Assembly (NCBI RefSeq): GCF_006345805.1
Contig: NC_043015.1
Coordinates: forward strand, 39,680,001 to 39,744,000
Reading direction: 5' to 3'
Origin: Octopus sinensis
Lineage: Eukaryota
Length of the DNA: 64,000 nucleotides
Shown here: in pieces, positions 35,598-48,528 of the stretch
Position numbering within the stretch: position 1 is the stretch's first letter
Layout of the letters: each line of letters starts with the position of its first letter
Notes under the pieces: generated by a model
Told to the model about the DNA's origin: nothing
The model's input: only the letters and a program-made list of their open reading frames with translations
The model's database searches: none
Position numbers and translations under genes: made by a program

Positions 35598-36989
35598 ATG
35601 AGTGGACAAATGAATGAAGGACACTCAACCAATTTATCGGGAGTTACATGTATGGACCAAAACAGTTGGATTCAAATTCATTGGTACTTTTGTAAGAAAA
35701 ACACATACACACACATATATATACATCTCATCATCATCATTTAGTGTCTGTGGTTTGGATGCTTTGGATTTGTCTACTTGTCATTTTACCTGTCTCTCAG
35801 TCCCTCTAATTATGCACACACCCATCGTCATCAGCATTAATGTCCATTTTCCAGAGTGGCATGGGTTGGATCGTTTAACAGGATCCAGCAAGTAGCAGGG
35901 CTACGTTGGACTCCAGTACACACACACACATATATATATGCATTTACACATACATGTACACGTATAAAATTGAGGCAGGGCAATGCGTGTGATACTGTGC
36001 AGGACATCTAAGACAAGTGGGACGAGGGAACAAAGGCATCCCGAAATGAAAGACCAGGTGCAAATGCTTGGGAGAGGGTGTATCTATGGAAGTGGATCTG
36101 CCAAGCTGCCACCAGGTGTGGTATTAAATCGGTCTATGGACTAAACCTATCACCCAAATACATCATGGTGAGATTTGAACTCCCGGTGCAAAGAGTCGGA
36201 ACAGCTACCACAACGATTACCATCTGTCGCTCTGCTGACTCTGCCAGTTCACCATCTTAGACTGGTACTTTATACATTGACCTTGGGACAATGAAATACA
36301 GAGTTGCTCTTGGTGGGAGTTGAGCTTAAAACATAAAGAACTAGAGTAAATGCCACAAGGAATTTTGTCCAAAACTCAACTGGTTCTGCCGTCCCGCTGC
36401 CTGTACCTATGTATCATGTCTAAACACACAAATGTTTAGTTCCAAGGACCTCTAACAAATAATGTGTCTACATGTGTGTATGCTATTGTGTGTGTGTATG
36501 TGTGTAAATCAATGCAACGATTGGTTGTGTTAAACTATTGATTTCTGTGCGTAAAATATCTTAAATTGTAAATTGCGGCTCTGATTAAAACATTTTCTTA
36601 TTTACTTCTTCAAAGACTTTCCTGTTAATTCCCTGTTTTCTCACTTCCTACTTAACCATTTTATCGCTTGAGAGAGAGAAAGAGAGAAAGAAAGAAAGAA
36701 AGAAAGAGAGAGAGGGAAAGAGAGATGGACAGACTTAAAGTTTCTTATTAAATGGAGATGTTGCCTAATTATTCTCAGTGTGTATATAAGTATTTCAAGT
36801 TGTATAATATCTATGCTTGGCTGTAATCAGCAATGAGTAAATATAATTAACACACACACACACATGTAAATGCACACAGTAAGCGATGTCACTCTTCAAC
36901 ACGTCCCATCCCCCTATCCCCCCCCCTGTTAAGTTTTCTTATATTTTGGCTTGAAAACTTCAAACCACACACACATCCTGAGTGTGTGT

Positions 36990-37015
36990 AAATAGCGTAA
37001 ATAGACTCATTATCA

Positions 37016-37061
<46 letters not shown>

Positions 37062-37330
37062 CTTTTCAATATTACAACCATACAAATAAAAAGATATATA
37101 TATACATATATTTATACATACATGTGTGTGTATGTGTGTGTGTGTGTTGAGAGATAGAGAGACAAACACACCATACAAATAAAAATATATATATATACAT
37201 ATATTTATACATACGTGTGTGTGTGTGTGTGTGTGTCTGTGTGTGTGTGTGTTGAGAGAGATAGAGACAAACAGACCATACAAATGATAAAAATATATAT
37301 ATACATATATTTATACATATATGTGTGTAT
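36990..37330. repeat. Three ~95-bp microsatellite-containing tandem units
   Basis: Core ACCATACAAAT...TATATTTATACATA repeated near 37077, 37168 and 37275. Confidence 0.8.
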
Positions 37331-37406
37331 GTATATGTGATTTACATTTTTGACATTTAAATTATATTTTTGCCATTTAAAACAAAGCACACATTCACAC
37401 TTACAC

Positions 37407-37441
<35 letters not shown>

Positions 37442-37879
37442 CAGCTATATTTGACATTAGTGATTTCACTGTGTTTATTTTGGCCTGTATTTCTAAAAAA
37501 AATTGTATAAAATTATCTCTTGATATTGATTCAATTTACTATGTGATCACACACACGTATACACACACACACACATACACACACACTTGTGTGCATCCAT
37601 AAACTTGCCACAATTCTTACATATGATTTATTTGTTGTTAACATGTTTATATTAAATATGTTTCGTCTCAGATGTGCTAATGAAACACTAATTAATTTTC
37701 TCATTAAAACCTTAGTAATTGCTAGGTTAACTTTGAAGATGTCTGTTAATTAGAGGTGTACTTTTACTTCCACTGGCAAGCCTATTGTTATGGCAACTAC
37801 TTTGCGTATGTGTTTGTGTGTGTATGCTTGCGTGTATGTGTGAATGCATGTCTTTATAAACATGATTGTGTGTGTATTG

Positions 37880-38158
37880 TAAATCAAATGGAAATTGTAG
37901 TTAAGATACTCGTGCCGGTGACATGTAAAAGCAGCAACCGAACGTGGCTGTTTGCCAGCCCGCTCTGTCCCCTGTGCCGGTGGCACTTAAAAGCACCCAC
38001 GACACTCACGGAGTGGTTGGTGTTAGGAAGGGCATCCAACTGTAGAAACACTGCCAGATCAGACTGGAGCCTGGTGCAGTCTCCCGGCTTCCCAGACCCC
38101 GGTCGAACCGTCCAACCCATGCTAGCATGGAAAACGGACGTTAAACAATGATGATGAT
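37880..38158 (+). mobile_element. RTE family C 3' end
   Basis: Family motifs, a single internal unit and (GAT)n tail. Confidence 0.8.
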
Positions 38159-39012
38159 ATACAATATATATGCTCGCATGTTTGTGTGTGTGATCTCCAA
38201 TGTATCACAATTGGTAAACAATAGTAATATTGATCTGATGTTTATAGATTTCCAACTGATCAATCGCTGATTCCATGTATTTTTCTGAGTATTTGTAACT
38301 CACTGCAGAAGAAATATCACAATAAACGTGGTTCACAAAATGCCGGGTCTTTGTTTTTTTAATCAATATCACCAAAAGATACATACATTTCTCTCTCTCT
38401 CTACACACACACACTCACTTGCACTAATATCGAACAATGAGAATGAGTGGCTAACACTGCATTGGTGGCTAAATATTCTTTATTTGTTGTTAACAAGGCT
38501 GCCATTGGTTTCATGCTTTGAGAAATTTCTCAACAACTATCAAGCCTGTCGCATAAAACATTGGTGCTCATTTCCATCATGGAGATGAGTAAAAGAACAT
38601 ATTAAAGTATATATATATATTAAAGTATTATATATAAAGTATTATATATATATATATATCATCGAATGTCTATTATATTTATATGTACATATATGTGTGT
38701 ATGGTTTGTGTGTGTGTGTGTGTATACTGTTGTGTATAACTATTGTAAAATATATACTAAGGGTGGAATGGTACTAGCTGTAATATTTTGTCTCAGAGAA
38801 ACTTCTCAAAGAGACTGCTGTGTTAACACACACACACAAATAATTCAGAATTTTATCAGACATAGCTTGGCTTAGAACATCTGATCAACACTGAAGAGAC
38901 CAATTCACATTGAAACACCAGTGTCTGATGTTCCACCAGCATTTTAAGCGAAGCCTTTTATTTTTTATTGTACAAGTCTCCATGAGGAGTTTTTCTGAGA
39001 TAGAATATTCCA

Positions 39013-39395
39013 GTTATTGCTGTGTGGTAAGAAGTTTGCTTTCCAACCACGTGGTTCCAGGTTCAGTCTGCTTGTGTGGCACCATGGATAAGCATCTTCT
39101 ACTCTACCGTTGAGCCACCCAAATCCTTGTGAGTGGATTTGGTAGATGGAATCTTAAAGAATCCTGTTGTATATATGTGCATGTGTGTGTCTGTCTGTCT
39201 GTTTGTCTCTGTCCACCACTTTACAACCAGTGTTGGTGTGTTTAAGTCCCCATAACTTAGCAGTTCAGTAAAAGAAACTGATAAAATAAGTACCAGGTTT
39301 AAAAGTGAAAAATAAGTCCTAGGGTCGAGTCATCAGACTGAAATTCTTCAAGTAGGTGCTCCAGCATGACCGCAGTGCAATGACTGAAATAGGTT
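39013..39395 (+). mobile_element. SINE-A
   Basis: Family motifs. Confidence 0.75.
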
Positions 39396-39980
39396 GAAGA
39401 ATATATTTATATGTGCGTGTATATATAAATGTGTGTGTGTGTGTGTGTGTACTTGCATGTATTGTCAATGTAACTATAGTTGTTGCTTAGTACCAAGTTT
39501 GGTGATTGAAGTTGTACCATCAAAACCAATCCTGGTGTGACCATCCCACCTTTTACTGTAGTAACAGGCAGTATAATTAATAATTATTAAGACAATGAGG
39601 TCTGATGTAAGGGGAAGTTGGCTGTTATTTCTACCAGGTCAAGCAGTCATGTAGAAACCCCTCATATATTTAGTGGGGTCGGGGTGTTGGTGGTGATGGG
39701 GTCGGGGTCGGAGTGTTTGTTGGGGAGGATTTATGGGGAACTGAAGGCAAGAGGTCTTCATTTTGTCTTTATTACTCGTTTGTATTCGTTTCAAGTGGAG
39801 ATAAGAGATGTAATTAACTGTGTGATTAGTGGCAGAAGAGATAAGAAGCAGGTGAGACAGGTGAGGCAGATACCTTCTTCAGCAGAAGCAGCTGTTTACT
39901 TGCGAATTGATGGATGATGGATTCATTTAGCTATAATGAGAGAGAGAAAGAGAGAGTAAGAGAGAGAGAAAGAGAGCGTA

Positions 39981-40033
<53 letters not shown>

Positions 40034-40112
40034 CTGGGGAGACTTAGCAAGCTGACCTCTTGACACAGGGAGGGCACCTGACTGATGAGATATGTGTGTG
40101 TGTGTGTGTTAT

Positions 40113-40492
40113 TCATTTACTTGTTTGTCATTTGACTGTGGCCATGCTGGAGCACTGCCTTTAGTCGAGCAAATTGACCCCCCCAGGACTTATTCTTTGT
40201 AAGCCCAGTACTTATTCCATCGGTCTCTTTTGCCGAACTGCTAAGTTAGGGGACGTAAACACACCAGCATCGGTTGTCAAACGATGTCGGGGAGGACAAA
40301 CACACACACACACATATATACATATATACGATATGGGCTTCTTTCAGTTTCCGTCTACCAAAACCACTCACAAGGCTTTGGTCAGCCTGTGGCTATAGTA
40401 GAAGACACTTGCCCAAGGTGCCATGCAGTGGGACTGAACCCAGAACCATGTGGCTGGTAAGCAAGCTACTTACCACACAGCCACTCCTGCTT

Positions 40493-40529
<37 letters not shown>

Positions 40530-40930
40530 TAGTGTGTGTGTGTAATTTGTTTTTACTGGCTTCAGTCATTAGACTGAGGCCATGCTGGGGCACTGCTTTG
40601 GAGAATTTTTAGGCAAGTGAATCAACCTCAGTTTTGTTTTTTTGTTTGAAACCTGGTACTTAATCTGTTGGTCTCATTTGCTGAACCACTAAGTTACAGG
40701 GATATAAACACACCAACACTGGTTGCCAAGCAATGGTGGGGGACAAACACAGACTCAAAAACCTTCCCCCCCTACACATATATACGACAGGCTTCTTTCA
40801 GTTTCCATCCACCAAATCTGCTCAGCTCAAGCCCATATAAGAAGACACTTGCCCAAAATGTCACACAATGGGACTGAACTTGGAACCATGTAATTGGGAT
40901 GCAAGCTTCTTACCACACAGCCACACCTAA
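40113..40930 (-). mobile_element. Two tandem SINE-A copies (40113-40490, 40550-40930)
   Basis: Family motifs. Confidence 0.8.
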
Positions 40931-41776
40931 AGAGAAGTAGGTGAGGTGTGTGTGTGATAGCTCCTTGTATTGTCACCATCAACCCCGGACACCCATCTTT
41001 GTGTATATTTGTGGTGATGATATCAAATGAATATCGAAATGTCACCTTCGGCTTCTCTGCTGACAAAAGAGATTTAGAGATATCATTTTTCCTCAGCTGG
41101 GTATGTTGGTGTTAAATGAAGAGCATGACACTTGTTATTGTCTTAGGTTTGTTCCACTAAAAGTCAGATTATTACATGACGTATGGAATGTAATTATTGT
41201 GTGTAGGAGTAGTGGATGGGTTTGGTATTTGAACCCCACCCCCCAGGCAGATGGAGTGGGTGCTGAGCGGAGGGAGATCTCGTGTCTGTGTATATCCATT
41301 TACAAAAAGTAAAGAATTGTATGAAAATAGGATTTCTTTTATAAGATCAGTGACAATTTGAAAATGTTTGTATCATCATGCTGGTTTTTTTTTTTTTCCA
41401 TGTTGGCATTGGCTGGACAAGACTTACTGAGATAGCGTTTTTGTGACTGGGTACCTTTCCTGTTGCCAACCTTTACCTGTTTTTCAAAGCTGTTGTTCTC
41501 TCATTCCAGTGTGGTCTGGATATGGGGAGACCACTTAGCTGCAGCCGTTTTATTTTTGCAGGGGATGCGAATGTGCCGTAATTGTTGCCCTGTGTTGTGT
41601 GAAGACGTGAAAGAAGAAACACACACACACACACTCACACGCATTCTCTCTCTTTCTCTCTCTCTCTCTCTCACAAACACACACACACTCATTCTCTCTC
41701 TTTCTCTCTCTCTCTCAAAATCACACACACACGCACGCACACATTCTCTCTCTTTCAAAAACACGCACACACACCC

Positions 41777-41815
<39 letters not shown>

Positions 41816-43469
41816 TATTGTCATGATGGGGTTTTTATACTGTTTCTGTCTACCAGTTTCACTCACCTGGGATCAGTCAGCTAAAGGCTATAGTAGAAGA
41901 CCAATGGTGCCCCGCAGTGGATGGCACCTGGGGTCACACCTTTACCAAGTGAACACCATCACTACAACTACAGCCATAATTGCACCCCAGACATTATTTA
42001 CTCTTATTTATTCATTCATTTCAATTTCTTCCTCGTTTTCCGTTTCACGTCTGAAATGTCCATCTCTGAAAAGTATTCCTTCAAATGTTCTTTCTTCTCT
42101 CTGTTGTTCAGAAGTAAATTCATCTTAGATTAAGAATTAAAAGACTATTAAAGCAACAACTAGTTCAGCCGGGTAAACAAAAGTCAGCTTATCTTTTGTT
42201 AATCTCTCTCTCTCTCTCCTACCTTTTATAGCTTTAGGGAAGATTAAAGTGATCATTTATCCAGCTACATTTTTTCACTGTGCTACACTTCCTGGCAAAT
42301 TTAAGGAATTATTCCCTGACTGTTCTCCTGATTTTCAGGTTTCTTTCAAAACATTGTAACAAAGGAAATGGTTTTTCTCATGTAAACATTTTGGATTCTC
42401 AATAGAAATAATGGAATTTTTTGTTTTCCATGATTTGTAAACCATTTTTACTCCCTGATTGTTTTAACTCCCTACCATTAATACCACCTATTGTGCCAAC
42501 TGTAGAACTTCTTCATGGTTGTTTAATATCCTAGAATTAGCTGCCAAATTTTCTTCAGATCCCACCCCACACTCTTAAGAAAGGGAAAGAACATTGAATA
42601 ATGTACTCCTAGACACACAGTGTCAGGCAATGTGGAACAGAACGGCCACAGATGGAAAGATAGTTAAACTTACGGTTGACTACCGACCACAAGTCTGGTC
42701 TGTCAGAGTTGACCCCAGGGTGAAATAATAACAATAAGCATAGATACCATTCTCTAAAACCACTCACTTCCTTTCTTTCTTCCGTCTACAAAGCGAAGAG
42801 AGGAATATAATTGCAAAGTAGCGGAATAATTCTACAACATTATTGGCTTTCAGTGTCGGTGAAAGAATATATATGTTGACCAGCCTTTGCTTTTAGTTGC
42901 AAATGTTATATTTATTGACTTCTCTTCGTACAGTCCTTTATTACCAATTCTTTCTTTCTGGTTCTCTGTTGTCTGCAAATATTTATCATCCTCAGCCTTT
43001 TTTAGATTCTTTGCATTGAAATATTCTTGATTCCTAAACCTCTTTGATAATTTGCCATTGATGCTGGTGATAAAATCCATTTGGAGTTATTCAAAGATTA
43101 ATACCATAGATTAATCCCATTCTTTTGTCAGATTTTAGATTCTAAAGAATCTGAAGAAGTTTCTAGAATAAGTGCTGACCATAAATCTAAGAACAGACTG
43201 GTTTTGTTGTCTTTTTTTATTTTATTGTTTTAGTTTTATCTTAATTTTACAAGATATTGAATGTAAAAAAAAAATATTTTATTTCTTGGAATCTTTTAAA
43301 AATTCATTTTGTGATCAACTGGTTTCACAGCTGGGTGCTTTCCTTGCCCTTAACCACTCATTCATGAAGAGGACTGAATCATGTGATTAGTTACTCTGCC
43401 TTTTATCTTCTCTTGCGTAAACAGCTGCTAGAAATAGTAGTCAAAAATAGAGAGAGAATATCTCTCAAT

Positions 43470-43501
<32 letters not shown>

Positions 43502-43844
43502 ATATTCCACTCTAGATAATGAAAGTCAGTATCACACATCTGGGCATACTCTATGTGGTTACTCAACTTGCAAGAATAGAAGTTAAGATTCCCTCAAATC
43601 GTATCCTGCCATCTTACAAAATGAAGGCCTCGCTACATAATGTAGTTCTTGTACAGTTTGTGTGAAGAAAAAACTGGTTGGTTGAGGCTGGAACATCTTT
43701 GGTCAAGGATCTCCGGATTTAGGAATAACTTTAAATTTTATTTCCTTCACAATTAAAAGTTTGCATAAAACAAGAAATTTCATTTCACAGAGAAACAAAT
43801 TATTGTCATTATTATTTTTTTTTAAATAAAGAAAGAAAACACCT

Positions 43845-44845
43845 TTCATCCTTTCGGCGGGGGGTCAATAAAATAAGTACCAGTTGACCGGTCCCATCCC
43901 CCCCCCCCAAATTACAGACCTTGTGCCAAATTTTAAAATCATCATCATCATCAGTAGTAAGGCAGTGAGCTGGCAGAATCGTTAGCACGCCGGGCGAAAT
44001 ACTTAGCAGTATTTCATCTGTCCTTACATTCTGAGTTCAAATTCCGCCGAGGTCGACTTTGCCTTTCATCCTTTCTGGGTCGATAAATTAAGTACCAGTT
44101 ACGCACTGGGGTCAATATAATCGACTTAATCCCTTTGTCTGTCCTTGTTGTCCTCTCTGTGTTTAGCCCCTTTTTAGGTAGCAAAGAAATTGGTATTTCG
44201 TCTGCCGCTACGTTCTGAGTTCAAATTCCGCCGAGGTCGACTTTTAAATAAGTACCAGTTACGGTCTGATGTAATCGACTGAATCCATTCCTCCAAATTT
44301 GAGGCCTTGTGCTTCCAGTAAAAAGAATTATTATTATTATTATCATTATTATTATTTTTTGTCCTCCTCCTCCTTCTTCTTGTGGCAAGCTGGCAGAATT
44401 GTTAGCATACCAGGCAAAATGCTTAATGGCATATTCTCTGCCTTTAAGTCCTAAGTTCAGATTCCACTGTGGTTAACTTTGCATTTCATCCTTTCAAAGT
44501 TGATGAAACAAGTACCAGTTGAGCCCTGGACGTGATGTAATCAAACTAAATCCCTCCTGCGAAATTGCTGGCCTTGTGCCAAAATTTGAAACCATTACTA
44601 TCATTATTATTCTTATTAAGGTGGCAAGCTGGCAGAATTGTTAGCATACCCAATAGAATGTTTAGGGCCATTTCTTTACATATTTGGTTTGAATTCTGCT
44701 GAAGTCAACTTGGCCTTTCATCCATTCTTTTGGGGATTGATAAAGTAAATAGTAGTTGAAAACTGGGGCCAATGTAATTGACTAGCCACCCATTCACCCC
44801 ACAAAAATTTTCAGGCCTTGTAATTATAGCAGAAAGGATTATTAT
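43845..44845 (+). mobile_element. Cluster of five head-to-tail SINE-B copies or fragments
   Basis: All on +, separated by (CAT)n/(ATT)n tails. Confidence 0.85.
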
Positions 44846-46529
44846 TAGCTCAACCTTAGCGAAGGTGGAGTCATGTGCTGGGAGTGGGGGGTCAGTAGAA
44901 TCTCTCAAACTTCTGGCTTTATGCTTGTGTTAGAAATTATAATTGTGGTTGTTATTGTTGTTGTTACATGTCAGAAGTGAAATTCCAGGTAGAATATATT
45001 TCAACCAGTTTGGTTGTGAAAGAAGACCGGAGGAATTTGGAGAAGCTTCAGATGTTGAAAGGAAGGAGAGACGGCAGTAGTAAATGGCAAAGAATGCTGT
45101 AGAATATTCCTTTGTGTGTGTGTGTACGTACAGGTGCATACACACAGACAAATAGGAATGTGTGTGTGTGCGTGTGTCTGTCTGTCTATTTCTCTCTTGA
45201 GGAAAATAGATGACAAGGAAAGGTTGCTAGGGAACCACAAAACATGTTTGATGTTGATCAGTTCAGTGTGAGGTGAGAGAGTTCTGAAACCCCTAAAGAG
45301 GGCATTAACTGTACCAGATTACACTGCATTAGGGTACTCTCTTGAAGGCGGCCAGTCTTAAAATAACAACAACTAACATAACAAAGATAAACAGAAAGTA
45401 GGAGAGAGTTCGTGGAATGTTGATAATTTTTGATTAATGCAAAGAGAAGTGGAATGTCGACCAGCATTAGTTTGGTCCCTTCCCCTGCAGGGGTGAGACG
45501 GAAAATAGAAAGTAGAGAAATATGAAAAGGTGTTGTTAGTCTGTTTGTCCCTCTTCATTGACTTTGTCTAATCTTTGCTCTGCTCACAGCAGCCAGAAAT
45601 GGTAAATTTCTTGTACTTCTTTTGGAACTTATTTTCTACGGTTCTTTGGATTCTTTGGAACTTACTTTCTGTGGTTCTTTGGACTCTTGAGTCCATCTTA
45701 AGAATAAGTATTATCGTGTTATGTAATGTTGTGCCATTGTCCTACCATACTTTATTGTAGAATGCTGTTATACTACTATTGTCACACCATACTGCATTAT
45801 AGAACATTGTTGTACCATTGTCACACCATACTATAATGTGCAGTATTGTTTTAACATTGTATTATTGTGGAATTCCTTCCATACTGTGTTGTGGGAACAT
45901 ATGGCATGACTATTTTATAACACAGTTGAACATTTTAGCAATAATGGGATGGCGGTGATATATATCATCATCATCATCATCATTCACCATCATCGTCATC
46001 ATTGTTGTTGCTCTTTTTCTCTTCCTCATCATCATTATCATCATCATCACATCTATGTTTCCATGCTGGCATGGGTTAGATAAGTCATTATGGTTTGAAT
46101 TGGTTCTTATCCTGACTTACTGCTTTCCTAAATGAATCAAGGGTTCACTTCTTACCTACACGTGCCTCTAATCTCTGTTGTAATGGGGCACAATGACATG
46201 GAGTAAGTAATTACCACCCTCTGCTCTACCCACCCACTGAATCTATAAACCAACAAGGGTTACTCTTTGTGTTGATCACCCTGCTAGAAACGAGTTAAAT
46301 TCCCTTCATATCTCACTATATTGTCTTAATTAAAGAGAGCTGAATTGGACAATGTGGTCCCTGATGTAGGACAGGATGTAGGACAGCTGAGATGTCTTTC
46401 ATTATAATTGTTTGACCGTTGTTTACCTGGGGCCAAACATTAGCAATGACCAAGCAAACACAAACTGACTGGACAGCGGAGAAAGTATAGCATGTCCTGA
46501 GTGCAACACTGCATCACAATACAATAGGG

Positions 46530-46860
46530 TAAAAGGTGAAGACCCCCTTTGGTTAGGAATGACCATGGGATTGCACCTAGAAGGTTCCTCTCCAAAGCAC
46601 AAGTCTGGCAAGGTTGTTTCTGGAAGACCAGTTGTCGCCCTTCCCTTTCCATGGATGTTGTCTGAGGGAAAGACAAAGGGGCTGATCTAGCTTGGCACCA
46701 GTGATGTCACAACTCATTTCTACAGCTGAGTGAACTGGAGCAACGTGAAAATAAAGTGTCTTGCTCAAGAGCACAGCATACAGTCCGATCCGGGGATCGA
46801 ACTCACTACCTCATGGCTGTGAGCCTGACACTCTAACCACTGAGCCATGTGCCTTTGCAC
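46530..46860 (-). mobile_element. SINE-D
   Basis: Homologous to 23236-23577. Confidence 0.8.
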
Positions 46861-47179
46861 CACAATACAATACACCACTGCATATCAGAATGTGCAGTTT
46901 GGTAATTAATAATGTGAAGGTGCAGCATGTCCGAAGTCATGGAACCTGAAGTTGTGTTTGGCTGTTATTGTTCTGCTGAATTGCAATTGACCAGGGGCTT
47001 TATAACAACAATGGCAACAACAACAACAACATCTATATCCGTTTTACTCCCACTCTCCACACACACTCTCTTAACGACTTTGGATTTTTAATACCTTGTG
47101 AAATCCATCGTTGATTTGAACCTGTGTTCTGTTTGCTACAATGTCCTGAAACTCTGTATTTAATATTGTTATTTAGGCC

Positions 47180-47408
47180 CCAGGCTGGCAGAAACGTTGG
47201 CACGCCGGGCGAGATGCTTAGCGGTATTTTGTCTGCCGTTACATTCTGAGTTCAAATTCCGCCGAGGTCGACTTTACCTTTCATCCTTTCGGGGTCGATA
47301 AATTAAGTACCAGTTACGCACTGGGGTCGATGTAATCGACTTAATCCCTTTGTCTGTCCTTGTTTGTCCCCTCTATGTTTAGCCCCTTGTGGGTAATAAA
47401 GAAATATA
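47180..47408 (+). mobile_element. SINE-B with TSD TATTTAGGCCC
   Basis: Direct repeat on both flanks; near-consensus body. Confidence 0.85.
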
Positions 47409-47882
47409 TTTAGGCCCAGATCGGACCTGACCTAAGGTATTCCATCCATGGCCATCCTGTGTTGTTGTATATCTGTAAGCACATTACCCTAATGTTCCCT
47501 TCCATTTTAAGATGGTAGAATCTGATTTAAGAGTGACTTGATTGTTATTTCTAGCAGAATGACTCACCTTGCTGAGCCCCCACCAGCTCTCCGTTGCGGA
47601 GGTTTTGTTAGTGATGAGATTATAAAAACAAGGGGTAAATATTCCAAAAGGTTGGGTACTCCTGGTGATAAGGGTGTTGCTATGTTATCAGTCAGATGTT
47701 TAAATGAGATATCAAGCAGAGAATGGAAAAAAATTGCTTGTGTTGCTTAAATAGACATAATTTAGCTGGTGTCGAGGAAAATGGCTTATTTTGCTAAATC
47801 AGACATTTCAAACAGATGTTGAATAGAATTGCTTTTGTTGTCAAATTAGGCCCAAAATGTGTAGGAGATTGGCTTGCTTGAT

Positions 47883-48112
47883 TTGACTGTTTAGCATTCA
47901 GCTTATTCTGTCAAATGTAATGGTTATTTATTCAAATTGTTTTGAATTAATCATGTGTTATCTGTCTGTAGCTTCAAGATTTCAATGATGTGATTGTATG
48001 TTTTAGATTGTCATTGTAAGGTAGGTGTGAAAGACTAGATCTGGCTTGTTTGAACATAGAACAAGTAGACATTTGGGGGGCTGGATGTAGATGGTTTAGA
48101 TGCTAAATGGTT
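47883..48112. mobile_element. Decayed MITE with piggyBac-like TIR remnants
   Basis: ACTGTTTAGCAT at the left end vs ATGCTAAATGGTT at the right end. Confidence 0.45.
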
Positions 48113-48140
48113 GGTGGTGATGAAAAGGACATGACTTTAT

Positions 48141-48528
48141 AGGCGTAGGAGTGGCTGTGTAGTAAGTAGCTTTCTTATGAACAACATGGTTCCAGGTTCA
48201 GTCCACTGCGTGGCACCTTGGGCAAGTGTTTTCTATTATAGCATCGGGCCGACCAAAGCCTTGTGAGTGGATTTGGTAGACAGAAACTGAAAGAAGGCTG
48301 TCGTATATATGTGTGTGTGTCTGTGTTTGTCCCCATAACATTGCTTGACAACCGATGCTGATGTGTTTACTTCCCCATAACTTAGCAGTTCAGCAAAAGA
48401 GACCAATAGAATAAGTACTAGGCTTACAAAGAATAAGTCCTGGGGTCAATTTGCTCGACTAAAGGCGGTGCTCTAGCATGGCCACAGTCAAATGACTAAA
48501 ACAAGTAAAAGAGTAAAAAGAGTAAAGA
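48141..48528 (+). mobile_element. Full-length SINE-A with (AAAAGAGT)n tail
   Basis: Family motifs. Confidence 0.85.

Noticed and set aside
42850-43080. 76-aa minus ORF MDFITSINGKLSKRFRNQEYFN...
   Set aside because: No splice signals or recognisable domain; at best a decayed retroelement fragment.
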